From a virus, in the UHGV virus genome UHGV-0110762: 37,161 nt of DNA. One strand, given 5' to 3'. Below, piece after piece: positions 1 to 7,700 of this stretch; the first letter of the stretch is position 1; every line of letters starts with the position of its first letter. A program made the translations under genes and the position numbers. The notes beneath the pieces were generated by a model. The model had not been told where the DNA came from and did not search any database. It saw only the letters and a list, made by a program, of their open reading frames with translations.

Positions 1-49
1 TATTCGGGTAGATGGCGGTATTCTCTTTTTCTTGGCCTGGCTGCCATGG

Positions 50-259
50 TTAACCCTCACTGATAAGCTGGCGAACCGTATGATTAACCATTGAGTCGAC
101 CCCCCATTTTTCAGACTCGCAGACCCAAACAGATCCGTCTACGATTTTGCCTGTGAGAAGTCCGTTTTCAACCCAACGTTTAATGGTTCGATTATCCGGG
201 ATCGAGTCTTTGGTAAATTCGCGTTTACCCCACTGACTCGCCTTCATTAGTTTTGCCAT
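50..259 (-). CDS. Phage excisionase (Xis/AlpA-like small DNA-binding protein); ORF track gives 50..340 but internal ATG at 259 with GGAGAA RBS is preferred
   Basis: Translation MAKLMKASQWGKREF...IKRWVENGLL...GKIVDGSVWV resembles the excisionase/AlpA winged-helix family; position at the prophage left edge next to where an integrase is expected. Confidence 0.6.
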   Translation of the reverse strand: MAKLMKASQWGKREFTKDSIPDNRTIKRWVENGLLTGKIVDGSVWVCESEKWGVDSMVNHTVRQLISEG

Positions 260-309
260 GACAGATTCTCCATACAGCCCGGCTGCACCCGGGCTTTCAT
301 ATTTATAAA

Positions 310-873
310 TTATTGCTGGTGGGGCAGTAGACGTTGCCAAATTGCTGAAACGTATTTGGCCTGGTGGCGGGCATCGGCCAGTGCGTTATGTGCAACCCCA
401 TCGAATGGCATATCTCGCTTAGGATCGAAACCCACAACTCTGCCTAATGTGACGATGGTTCTGACGTCGTGATCGTTCCAAAATTGCCACGGGCAAACCT
501 GGCCGGCGCGCTCATATGCGCCGCGCAATATAACGTTGTCGAAAGTAGCTCCATTGCCCCAAACTTTTAAATATTTCGGGTTATCAGAATGTCGGTTAAT
601 GAAATGGCTCAGTTCAGATAGGGCAGACGATATCGGCATCGCATCATCAACACAGATTGCTGATCGTGCTTCTGAGCTTTGTCTTAACCACCACAGAATA
701 GTGTCACCATCTGGCACCGCTCCCTGCTCCATAGCGCTTTCAAGGTTAACGGCGGTGTAAAACTCCTGACCCAGTTCACCGCTTTGCGGATCGAAGAACA
801 CGGCACCAATGGAGACAATAGGGGCATTCGACTTTTTGCCCATAGTTTCAAGGTCGATCATTAAGTTGTTCAC
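310..873 (-). CDS. 3'-5' exonuclease, DnaQ-like DEDDh family
   Basis: N-terminal MIDLETMG (Exo I motif) and C-terminal H-NALADA (Exo III motif with His); 187 aa, typical of small phage exonucleases. Confidence 0.7.
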   Translation of the reverse strand: MNNLMIDLETMGKKSNAPIVSIGAVFFDPQSGELGQEFYTAVNLESAMEQGAVPDGDTILWWLRQSSEARSAICVDDAMPISSALSELSHFINRHSDNPKYLKVWGNGATFDNVILRGAYERAGQVCPWQFWNDHDVRTIVTLGRVVGFDPKRDMPFDGVAHNALADARHQAKYVSAIWQRLLPHQQ

Positions 874-894
874 GTTAAATATTCTCCTGTTTGG

Positions 895-1149
895 CTATTC
901 AGTAATCTTGCCGCGACGCATCGCACGTAGGTTTTTCAGGTTTGTTTCCTGCTCTATTTCGGCACATATTTTGCGATACTCATCATGTTCCACTCGTTCA
1001 AAATCTTCGTTAAAGCGTTTGATGCTAATCGTTCTCAGCCCGCCATCATTGCGTTTGATTCGGACCGAGTGATCGCTACAGCTATGGATAATTACGGGCC
1101 AGTTGCTACTGTCCGTGTAGATTTGACCGCGCCGAATCAGGCTAAACAT
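895..1149 (-). CDS. Hypothetical phage protein (84 aa)
   Basis: Intact ORF tightly packed in the leftward operon; no recognisable motif. Confidence 0.45.
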   Translation of the reverse strand: MFSLIRRGQIYTDSSNWPVIIHSCSDHSVRIKRNDGGLRTISIKRFNEDFERVEHDEYRKICAEIEQETNLKNLRAMRRGKITE

Positions 1150-1151
1150 TC

Positions 1152-1856
1152 TTATTTTTTCTCCTGCTCTGACTGTTCTTTGATATGCAATCGAGGTTCC
1201 CCGTCTTTCGGCTCAGGCCACTGGCGCGCCATGTTCACTTTCAGCTTTTCTTCCATCGCAGCTGTGATTTCACCGTCACTGATACCGGCGCGCCGCTGGG
1301 CGTCCCATAACAGGAACTGCATGTCAGCCCACTCGCTGAGGTCGTCAGGTTCTGCGGCAGCTTCCAGCGCCTCTTTCGACAGGTGTTTAAACGGGCCAAC
1401 GGGACCAACATCGCCGAAAGTCTTATCTGACCATTCAGCGTGTTCACGGCGAACCTGTTCGCGCTTACTTACAGGTTGGCTACCCTGAAGCATGGCGGCG
1501 CGGCAACGATTCCAGCCCTCTGCCATCCATTTTCTATGCGTGTCGAGTGCAGGGTCATTAACGTCAATTTCATCCGGTACCGCTGGATGCGGTAACTGTG
1601 GTGCTGCGTAGAGTGGCGTCAGATCATAGCAACTAATGCTGTAGCGATCTGCGTCAACCCGATTGGTTATTGCCGTGCGTTCATCATCGCAAAATTCCTT
1701 CTGCATAGTCACCCAAGCCATAGGCTCCTGCTCCATGCTGGCGAGTAGTTGGCGGGCCATTGATTTCAGCATTGCAATATCAGCATGCCCCAGGGTGTAA
1801 CCAACCTTTAAATCGTAAACTGCTTGCACCTGTTGCTCTTTCGTAAATTTATCCAT
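1152..1856 (-). CDS. Hypothetical phage protein (234 aa); C-terminal region weakly reminiscent of MazG-like all-alpha NTP pyrophosphohydrolases
   Basis: Long ORF with 1-nt spacing to neighbours; C-terminal segment EWADMQFLLWDAQRRAGISDGEI resembles the E..aD.l..l..la...gi pattern of MazG-like proteins (tentative, from memory only). Confidence 0.5.
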   Translation of the reverse strand: MDKFTKEQQVQAVYDLKVGYTLGHADIAMLKSMARQLLASMEQEPMAWVTMQKEFCDDERTAITNRVDADRYSISCYDLTPLYAAPQLPHPAVPDEIDVNDPALDTHRKWMAEGWNRCRAAMLQGSQPVSKREQVRREHAEWSDKTFGDVGPVGPFKHLSKEALEAAAEPDDLSEWADMQFLLWDAQRRAGISDGEITAAMEEKLKVNMARQWPEPKDGEPRLHIKEQSEQEKK

Positions 1857-1857
1857 C

Positions 1858-2334
1858 TCATTCCCCCTTTACGCCAATGCCAGCGGCGGCACGTTCGGCC
1901 TCACTTTGTTCCCAAAACCACTTGTGAAGCGCCATAAGCTCTTCGTCAATCGGTGCATATTTGCGGTCAAAGTAGGCCTGAGCATCTTTCTCAGATTCGT
2001 CAGGCAATTCGCCAGGTCCAAACAGCGTGTTATAAATCCATGCCAGCCCATTCTTAGCGTCGCCAGTTGCCTGCCATTCGATAATTGCAGCCTGCATGAC
2101 CAGAATGTTTTTCCCAATTAACAGGTCCAGTTCTTTGTTCCGGTTGCGGATGTATGCATTCTCACTTTGTAATTCAGCGTTTCGCTTCTCTGCGGTTTCC
2201 AACTCATCCAGCAGCGCCAGCACAGCTTCCGGGCTTGCTTCATCCTGCCAGGCGTCAGAGGTATCACTGACAGAGCGGAGCATTATTTCTTCCTGCGCCG
2301 CTTCACGCAGCGCCTGTTTGTTGAGTGCTGTCAT
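1858..2334 (-). CDS. Hypothetical coiled-coil protein (Ead/Ea22-like, tentative)
   Basis: 158-aa ORF with predicted coiled-coil N-terminus (ELETAEKRNAELQSENAYIRNRNKELD); start overlaps the upstream gene stop (ATGA-type overlap with 2331..2585). Confidence 0.5.
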   Translation of the reverse strand: MTALNKQALREAAQEEIMLRSVSDTSDAWQDEASPEAVLALLDELETAEKRNAELQSENAYIRNRNKELDLLIGKNILVMQAAIIEWQATGDAKNGLAWIYNTLFGPGELPDESEKDAQAYFDRKYAPIDEELMALHKWFWEQSEAERAAAGIGVKGE

Positions 2335-2585
2335 TGGGCTGCTCCCTGTCTGGCCCTATTCAATAGCTGGTTAAACATCATGGTTAGGCTGTTACTGCAA
2401 CCAAACGGCATATCGTTAATGCGGTATGTTGGAATGCCCTTGCGAACACCAGACTTCACGATCCGGCCGGTGCCATAGAGCTGAGATAATGCTCCGGCGA
2501 CCGCGGGTGTCTTTTTGTTCATACCTTTGGCGATTTCACCGCTGGTGGTATTCGGATGAGCCTGGAGATATTCAAATACGGTCAT
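2331..2585 (-). CDS. Hypothetical small protein, possible winged-helix DNA-binding fold
   Basis: 84-aa ORF; translationally coupled to neighbours on both sides. Confidence 0.45.
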   Translation of the reverse strand: MTVFEYLQAHPNTTSGEIAKGMNKKTPAVAGALSQLYGTGRIVKSGVRKGIPTYRINDMPFGCSNSLTMMFNQLLNRARQGAAQ

Positions 2586-2749
2586 GGCGTTTTACCTTTA
2601 CGTTCCTGTTCCAGTTGCACCAGAGACTCTTTTAATGCTGCGAACGTAGCGTCCAGTCTGGTGGCGACTTCGCGCATAAGCGGCGCATGTTTTGGTGGCA
2701 ATTCAGCAACGGAGGCAAACGCCTCCGCTACGAGTTCTTTTACCTTCAT
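2582..2749 (-). CDS. Small hypothetical protein (55 aa), absent from the ORF track (below length cutoff)
   Basis: ATG at 2749 overlaps the stop of the upstream HD-domain gene (tcat at 2746-2749 = ATGA on minus strand) and its TGA overlaps the ATG of the downstream gene (tcat at 2582-2585); translation MKVKELVAEAFASVAELPPKHAPLMREVATRLDATFAALKESL... Confidence 0.35.
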   Translation of the reverse strand: MKVKELVAEAFASVAELPPKHAPLMREVATRLDATFAALKESLVQLEQERKGKTP

Positions 2750-3312
2750 GCGGCGCATTGGCGCTGCTCCATCAACTCGTTAAAGCGATTGATGAACATG
2801 CCGTATGACTGGCCAGGACGAACTGGGTTGATAATGAATAAATCCGTTGGGACAACTCCCTCGAGGCATGGCCAAATGGAACCTTCGTCAATCTCAAAAT
2901 CTCGGCGTTCGCTGGCAAGCATCACCAGGTCGGCATATTTCACAGTTGGGTGTTGTTCCGTCGGTAGGCCAAATTTCTGGCGAATAGCAGCGTCTACGCG
3001 AGCTTCGATCGCCTGGTAATCCGGTAGCAGGCGCTTAAGAGGCGAGGGGATATCCTGCAGGTAGGCTTCGGCGGCATCATGAAGCAGTGCTTCTAATGCA
3101 AACTCCTGCGGAACGAGGTGGCTGGTTAAAACGCTATGCTGGCCGACGCTATAAAACTCAGGAAGATGCCCTGCAAAACGGCAGATATGAGACAAAGCGG
3201 TAGCAATATCCTCGATCACGATATCGTCCTGTTGGATATCGAGGTAATTAAAATGTTTGCCGGATAATGTCTGAATGTAGCTCATGGTTTTCCCCATATT
3301 GGCGCGCTGCAC
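2746..3312 (-). CDS. HD-domain metal-dependent phosphohydrolase, YfdR-like (5'-deoxynucleotidase family); start may be at 3285 (MSYIQ)
   Basis: H..LTSHLV and LLHDAAEAY motifs (HD signature); size about 180 aa as in E. coli CPS-53 YfdR. Confidence 0.7.
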   Translation of the reverse strand: MQRANMGKTMSYIQTLSGKHFNYLDIQQDDIVIEDIATALSHICRFAGHLPEFYSVGQHSVLTSHLVPQEFALEALLHDAAEAYLQDIPSPLKRLLPDYQAIEARVDAAIRQKFGLPTEQHPTVKYADLVMLASERRDFEIDEGSIWPCLEGVVPTDLFIINPVRPGQSYGMFINRFNELMEQRQCAA

Positions 3313-3377
3313 CGCGCAGATTTTGGTTGTACGAATCCCTCGCCGGTTGGCGATAATTAATGGAATTACGCTTCAAT

Positions 3378-3401
3378 AAATCCCCGCGGCGCCGGGGATT
3401 T
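3378..3401 (-). terminator. Hairpin (AAATCCCCGCGGCGCCGGGGATTT) followed by T-rich tract on the minus strand, downstream of the YfdQ-like gene
   Basis: Near-perfect GC-rich inverted repeat flanked by A/T runs in the 100-bp gap between two minus-strand genes. Confidence 0.45.
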
Positions 3402-3413
3402 AATGCAGAGCAA

Positions 3414-4241
3414 TTAGGCTTTAAAGTTACCGATGAAAGTTTCCACTGATTCACCTTCGAACTTGCTGATCAGCAAATCGCGGAATTCGTTGGCGATCTC
3501 TTCTTCCTGGGCTTCAAGTTGGACGATGCGCAGAACAAAGCAGGGTTCATCGCTGGTCAGCAGGCTGTTACGCAAGCTAAAGCGGCGTTCACCCAGACCT
3601 TCATACGGCACACATTTGAACTCGAACGCCACAGGCATTACGTCTTTGCTGCTTGCTTCAACGCTTTGCATCAGAGATTTTTTACCAGCGAAATCACCAG
3701 TTTCATGGTCCTGCTGTGTTGCTTGCTGAATAGTGATACGACGCACAGCCTGAGCCGCCTGTGAAATCTGCATCGTATTGCCATCAGCATCAAACGCCAG
3801 CAGGTAATCGCTCCAGTCTTCCAGCCATTCCGCGATTTGCTTTTGCTTCAGGCGTTGACCATCGATCTGCAGTAACGCTCGGAACGGGGCGGTTTTCTTC
3901 AGGGTGATTGAAGCAACGTTATCGGCGTGACCTGGATTATCCAGGGTGCCGATGTTGAACACTGAACGGGCGGTCATGTTGTCAGCGTCAATGAAGCAAC
4001 GAGCTGGCTCGCTGGCGCTGGCATAACCTTTAGAATAACGGGCGAAGTCGTCAATACTGGTTGTGGTCATTGCGCCACGAAAGCGGAAACGCTCCAGAGA
4101 AAAACGCTCGAGGCTTTCAACGCCAGTACCCTCTGGCAGTAATGCGGTCGGGCAAGCCAGGTCCTGAATATCATCCAGGTGATAACCGGAAAGAACCAGG
4201 TCTTTGACCTGCTTGAAGGTGCCGCTGTCTAACTGAGACAT
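3414..4241 (-). CDS. YfdQ-like protein (DUF2303 family, function unknown)
   Basis: 275 aa, the size of E. coli CPS-53 YfdQ, and sits between YfdR-like and YfdP-like genes in the same order as in CPS-53 (recalled, not searched). Confidence 0.6.
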   Translation of the reverse strand: MSQLDSGTFKQVKDLVLSGYHLDDIQDLACPTALLPEGTGVESLERFSLERFRFRGAMTTTSIDDFARYSKGYASASEPARCFIDADNMTARSVFNIGTLDNPGHADNVASITLKKTAPFRALLQIDGQRLKQKQIAEWLEDWSDYLLAFDADGNTMQISQAAQAVRRITIQQATQQDHETGDFAGKKSLMQSVEASSKDVMPVAFEFKCVPYEGLGERRFSLRNSLLTSDEPCFVLRIVQLEAQEEEIANEFRDLLISKFEGESVETFIGNFKA

Positions 4242-4297
4242 AAAAATTCCTTAATTGCTGATGTTCGAAGTGGTATCAGTGAGTTTGTTGCTGCGGA

Positions 4298-4669
4298 TCA
4301 CTGAGCCGCTTTAAGCTTTCCATCCACCGCGCCGGTGATCCCGAATAGTTGCCCCTGATCTTCCTGCAGTATGGTGAGCTTCCCGCCTTTGTTGACCCAC
4401 ATAGGGGTTTCGGTTGTGTCCTCTTCGGAGGCTTTACCACGAGGTGTCGGGGTGCTGTAGTTCAGCTTGTGCTTGATCTTCACGCGCTTCTCTTCAACGG
4501 AATTACCCATGCGCTCAAAATCAAAGGTGAGGACTACTTTGCCTTTGTTGCCGTTGTTCAGAACGCCAAGCGCGGTGGTATTAAGTGCTGCCGCGATTTT
4601 GTTCATGAACACGCCGGCATCCAGTTCGCCAAGAAAATCTGGCACTACGGTCATGCGGTCATTACTCAT
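4298..4669 (-). CDS. YfdP-like hypothetical protein; ORF track extends to 4855 but the ATG at 4669 (MSNDRMTVV) with GAGGGT RBS is preferred
   Basis: C-terminal 124 aa look protein-like; the N-terminal extension in the ORF track is Cys/Trp/Gly-rich and lacks an RBS. Confidence 0.55.
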   Translation of the reverse strand: MSNDRMTVVPDFLGELDAGVFMNKIAAALNTTALGVLNNGNKGKVVLTFDFERMGNSVEEKRVKIKHKLNYSTPTPRGKASEEDTTETPMWVNKGGKLTILQEDQGQLFGITGAVDGKLKAAQ

Positions 4670-5280
4670 GGTTTTACCCTCGTTAAGGCGGCTGCCACCG
4701 CCGAACTTTCTCCATACACAACAGAGAAGGGCACCTGCATTGGTTGGCGGCTTGAGAGACCGCTTTCTTTTTGCCCGGGTGGATTGGGTTATGAGCCCGT
4801 CGCCCGGTGATGCCCTTGTCTGTTGTGTAAAAAGGGCGGTACCGAGGTAGAACATTATCTTCGTCCCCCTTGCATAAGGTTGAAGACCCTGGTACCGCCA
4901 AGACTACACACAGCATCTGGTACAGCTACTACGGGTTTACCACATCAAAAAGAGCACTACCGCGTTCTGCCGCCCCATCCTGGCTTTTGGTACTGCAACG
5001 GCTGCGAGATGTTTTTTGCATGCCAGCGCTCTTTTGGTTATGGACTCGTCTCTTCCGAGGTGTCACACCTGATCGCCACGCTGGTGAAACGTCTCTGGCT
5101 GCCGTACACGCCTGGCTTGCATATTCCGGCTACCCGCTGGATCTGGATATGTCTTGCAAGGAATCCCCGGACTGCTGCGGCACATGTGCCATATGCCGTA
5201 CTGCAACTGCTGCCTGTCTTTTCACCACATCAGGCTCAGTGGTATTCTTGGAGTTCTCACACAGCCAAGAAGATAAACCT

Positions 5281-5514
5281 ATGAATAACGATATTATTGA
5301 GTTAAGACTCACTGCTATTGAAGCTGCGATTAAGACCATTTCAGCTGCAATATGTGCTAATGAGGGCCCACTATCAGATGACCTGCATAACCAAATACAA
5401 TTATTGCGCGATCAACTGTCAAGCCCAGAAAACACTGTTAAACAGGAAGCCATCACCTATCAAACCATTAAGCTTCTTGATTCTCTTAATTGCGACCCGT
5501 GGGATCCGTTTTAA
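5281..5514 (+). CDS. Small hypothetical protein (77 aa) in AT-rich island of the immunity region
   Basis: ATG at 5281 begins a helical-looking peptide MNNDIIELRLTAIEAAIKTISAAICANEG...; sharp drop in GC content relative to flanks; weak RBS. Confidence 0.3.
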   Translation: MNNDIIELRLTAIEAAIKTISAAICANEGPLSDDLHNQIQLLRDQLSSPENTVKQEAITYQTIKLLDSLNCDPWDPF

Positions 5515-5689
5515 AAAACTTCTCATTGAAGGCCGCCATTTTAGATTTTGAACGAGCCCTTCGTTCGGAATGAAGGGTAAGTTGCATGTCCGATAGAGCG
5601 CTAAAAACGGCAGCATTGAATGCCAGAAACTCCGATTCATCACTGCACTCAGCAGTAATTTTCCCGTTAACAACCAACTCTATCTTCAT
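5486..5689 (-). CDS. Small hypothetical protein (67 aa) convergent with and overlapping the 3' end of the 5281..5514 ORF
   Basis: ATG at 5689 (MKIELVVNGKITAECSDESEF...); immediately downstream (leftward) of the OL-like operator repeats, so it would be the first gene of the leftward early transcript; RBS poor. Confidence 0.25.
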   Translation of the reverse strand: MKIELVVNGKITAECSDESEFLAFNAAVFSALSDMQLTLHSERRARSKSKMAAFNEKFFKTDPTGRN

Positions 5690-5728
5690 TCCTGATGCCC
5701 ACAATGTTCGTTGCTGATGGATTTAATA

Positions 5729-5774
5729 TTAGACATCTTACATTTACAGTCAAGTCTATTTTGTAAGTTTGCTT
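5729..5774. promoter_or_regulatory. OL-like operator pair: two inverted copies of the 15-bp motif also found at OR
   Basis: TTAGACATCTTACAT (5729-5743) and TTGTAAGTTTGCTTA (5760-5774) match the OR motif TTAGCAWTCTTACAT in 13/15 and about 10/15 positions. Confidence 0.45.
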
Positions 5775-5797
5775 ACTATATTTTCACAGGCATAAAA

Positions 5798-5819
5798 AAG
5801 CCCGCATGATCAGCGGGCT
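5798..5819 (-). terminator. Rho-independent terminator downstream of cI (minus strand)
   Basis: Stem AGCCCGC / loop ATGATCA / stem GCGGGCT followed on the minus strand by a TTTTTT run, 18 nt after the cI stop. Confidence 0.6.
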
Positions 5820-5836
5820 TGTAGGAACCAGAGGGG

Positions 5837-6469
5837 CTAAAGGTCAATGATAATTTGTTTAACTATCCCAATTAGATTGGTCTCTTGATTCACCTCAATG
5901 GGTTTAAACGCAGGATTCAGTGGGATTAGGTACGAAAACGGTGGGTCTATCGCCAGCTTTTTTAAAGTTGCCTCACCACCAGATACCGTTTGAGCAACGA
6001 CAATTTTACCGTTTGCCTCATCCACGAAGCCGAACTCTGGTTCAACAATAACAATAGAACCTTCAGGAATACTCAACTCCTGGCTAGAAGTCATTGAATC
6101 TCCCTTAACCCTCAAAGCAAAGGCGGAATCAGAAAGTTTTCGAGTGGTTTTCACTTGTTCATTATTAGGATTTCCAATTACTTCCGTCCAATTACCAGCT
6201 TGCACCCATGATATGAGAGGGACCTCTCTGGCAGACATCAAGTTGATGTTAATGCCATTTTCGATATCGCCTGAACCAAAAACCAACCATTCTGGCGAGC
6301 ACTGAAGGCATTTACACACCAATATCAAGTTCTCACCAGAAAGTTTTGTTAAATCACTTTCCCACTGGGTCACAGCAGACGCGCTTACTCCTGCCCACTC
6401 AGCCACATCGCGCTGGGTAAGTTTTTTCTGCTTTCTTCTAAATCTCAGTCTGCTGCCAACGGTATCCAT
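5837..6469 (-). CDS. cI: CI-like prophage repressor (N-terminal XRE HTH, C-terminal S24 LexA-like peptidase)
   Basis: N-terminal LTQRDVAEWAGVSASAVTQWE HTH; C-terminal ALRVKGDSM...KK Ser-Lys dyad typical of S24 autoproteolytic repressors; divergent from a Cro-like gene. Confidence 0.85.
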   Translation of the reverse strand: MDTVGSRLRFRRKQKKLTQRDVAEWAGVSASAVTQWESDLTKLSGENLILVCKCLQCSPEWLVFGSGDIENGININLMSAREVPLISWVQAGNWTEVIGNPNNEQVKTTRKLSDSAFALRVKGDSMTSSQELSIPEGSIVIVEPEFGFVDEANGKIVVAQTVSGGEATLKKLAIDPPFSYLIPLNPAFKPIEVNQETNLIGIVKQIIIDL

Positions 6470-6484
6470 AAAATCTCCTCGGAA

Positions 6485-6551
6485 TGTACGTTAGCAATCT
6501 TACATTTTATTGACGTAAGTATGCTGTCCATATACGATGTAAGAATGCTAA
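6485..6551. promoter_or_regulatory. OR-like operator/promoter region between cI and cro
   Basis: Inverted 15-bp repeats TTAGCAATCTTACAT (6491-6505) and ATGTAAGAATGCTAA (6537-6551; reverse complement TTAGCATTCTTACAT); TTGACG at 6510-6515 is a candidate -35 for the rightward promoter. Confidence 0.55.
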
Positions 6552-6569
6552 CTAAAGAGGATTCAAACC

Positions 6570-6773
6570 ATGCATAAAGGGACAGTCGTCGACTACTACG
6601 GCGGCATTTCTAAAACCGCAGTTGCCTTAGGGGTAACTCACAGTGCCGTATGTCAATGGGGTGAAGTAATCCCAGAAAAACAGGCTCTTTACATTGAAAG
6701 AATTACGAACGGGAAGTTGAAATACGACGCTTCTCTCTACAGCAAACTTAACAATTCTCAACACAAGCAGTAA
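6570..6773 (+). CDS. cro: Cro-like small HTH regulator
   Basis: 67 aa, AAGAGGA RBS, HTH-like ISKTAVALGVTHSAVCQW; divergent from cI across the operator region. Confidence 0.7.
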   Translation: MHKGTVVDYYGGISKTAVALGVTHSAVCQWGEVIPEKQALYIERITNGKLKYDASLYSKLNNSQHKQ

Positions 6774-6796
6774 CCACAGAGACAAGGGGGTTAGCC

Positions 6797-7348
6797 GTGG
6801 GTAATGAACCTAGTTGGAAAGTCGAACGTCAGCCAGCCTGGCTGGTGGTCGCAATAAAAAAAACCATTACCGACCTTCCTGGTGGGTATGCCGAGGCCGC
6901 GGAATGGTTAGGAACTTCAGAGAACGGGTTGTTCAACCGTCTCCGCACTGAGGGCGATCAGATATTCCCGTTGGGTTGGGCGATGGTTCTACAGCGTGCT
7001 GGTGGTTCGACTCATATTGCTGATGCCGTTGCGCGCCATTCTCAAGGCGTATTCGTACCGCTGGCAGATGTTGATGATTTGGATAACGCCGATATTAACC
7101 AGCGCCTGATGGAGTCCATTGAATGGATTGGTCGTCATTCTACCTTTGTGCGAAAGGCTACTGCTGATGGGGTGATTGACGCAGATGAGCGTGCTCAGAT
7201 AGAGGAGAACAGCTACCAGGTGATCGCGAAGTTTCAGGAGCACGTCACGCTGCTTTACCGAGTTTTTTGTGTCGCTGAAAAGAGTGACGCCCGCGAGTGT
7301 GCAGCTCCGGGCGCCTTGGCGAACAACTCTTCGAGTATGGAGAAATAA
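6797..7348 (+). CDS. CII-like / early regulatory protein (tentative functional call)
   Basis: GTG start with AAGGGGG RBS directly after cro; 183 aa; position equals lambda cII; functional assignment is by position and vague family recollection only. Confidence 0.45.
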   Translation: MGNEPSWKVERQPAWLVVAIKKTITDLPGGYAEAAEWLGTSENGLFNRLRTEGDQIFPLGWAMVLQRAGGSTHIADAVARHSQGVFVPLADVDDLDNADINQRLMESIEWIGRHSTFVRKATADGVIDADERAQIEENSYQVIAKFQEHVTLLYRVFCVAEKSDARECAAPGALANNSSSMEK

Positions 7349-7353
7349 TCCGC

Positions 7354-7680
7354 ATGAGCAATTTAATCGTAAATCCTCACTTACCGCAACTACGAATGAT
7401 CCCGGTGCCGGGTCTTCCGCTGTTTCGGTATGAATGCAAAGTATCAAATCGCTGGGTGTCATGTAACCACAGCCAGGCTGCCGTAATTGTGGGGGTCTAC
7501 TATCGGAGGGCAAAACGCCTGTGCGCGAACTTAACCGAAGGTTCAAAGATCACCGCGGAGTGCCAGTCCGTGTTATCCGCTGGGAGCCAGAAACACAGCG
7601 CGTTATCTACCTGCGAGATGGCTATCCACACGAATGCTTCAGCCCACTTGAGCATTTCAGGCAAAAGTTCAGGGAGATAA
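7354..7680 (+). CDS. Hypothetical ORF (109 aa); may be spurious, see alternative ORF 7521..7700
   Basis: ATG with GGAGAA RBS 9 nt upstream, but the translation is Ser/Cys/His-rich and not protein-like. Confidence 0.2.
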   Translation: MSNLIVNPHLPQLRMIPVPGLPLFRYECKVSNRWVSCNHSQAAVIVGVYYRRAKRLCANLTEGSKITAECQSVLSAGSQKHSALSTCEMAIHTNASAHLSISGKSSGR

Positions 7681-7700
7681 CGGACGATCATGAGCACTAA
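7521..7700 (+). CDS. Alternative small ORF (59 aa, GTG start) upstream of the replication initiator
   Basis: GGAGGG RBS 11 nt before GTG 7521; translation VRELNRRFKDHRGVPVRVIRWEPETQRVIYLRDGYPHECFSPLEHFRQKFREITDDHEH looks protein-like; overlaps the start of the O-like gene by 11 nt. Confidence 0.3.
   Translation: MRELNRRFKDHRGVPVRVIRWEPETQRVIYLRDGYPHECFSPLEHFRQKFREITDDHEH

Noticed and set aside
1-49. Integrase or attachment site at the left edge
   Set aside because: Only 49 nt lie left of the excisionase stop; no integrase ORF or att core can be identified within the window.
4823-5514. Plus-strand ORFs of 153 and 214 aa in the track (4823..5284 and 4870..5514)
   Set aside because: N-terminal portions are Cys/Trp/Ala-rich with no RBS; only the last 77 codons (from ATG 5281) look protein-like, so the long versions were not accepted.
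6989-7546. 185-aa minus-strand ORF overlapping the CII-like gene
   Set aside because: Antisense to a plus-strand gene with a good RBS in a rightward operon; composition not protein-like.
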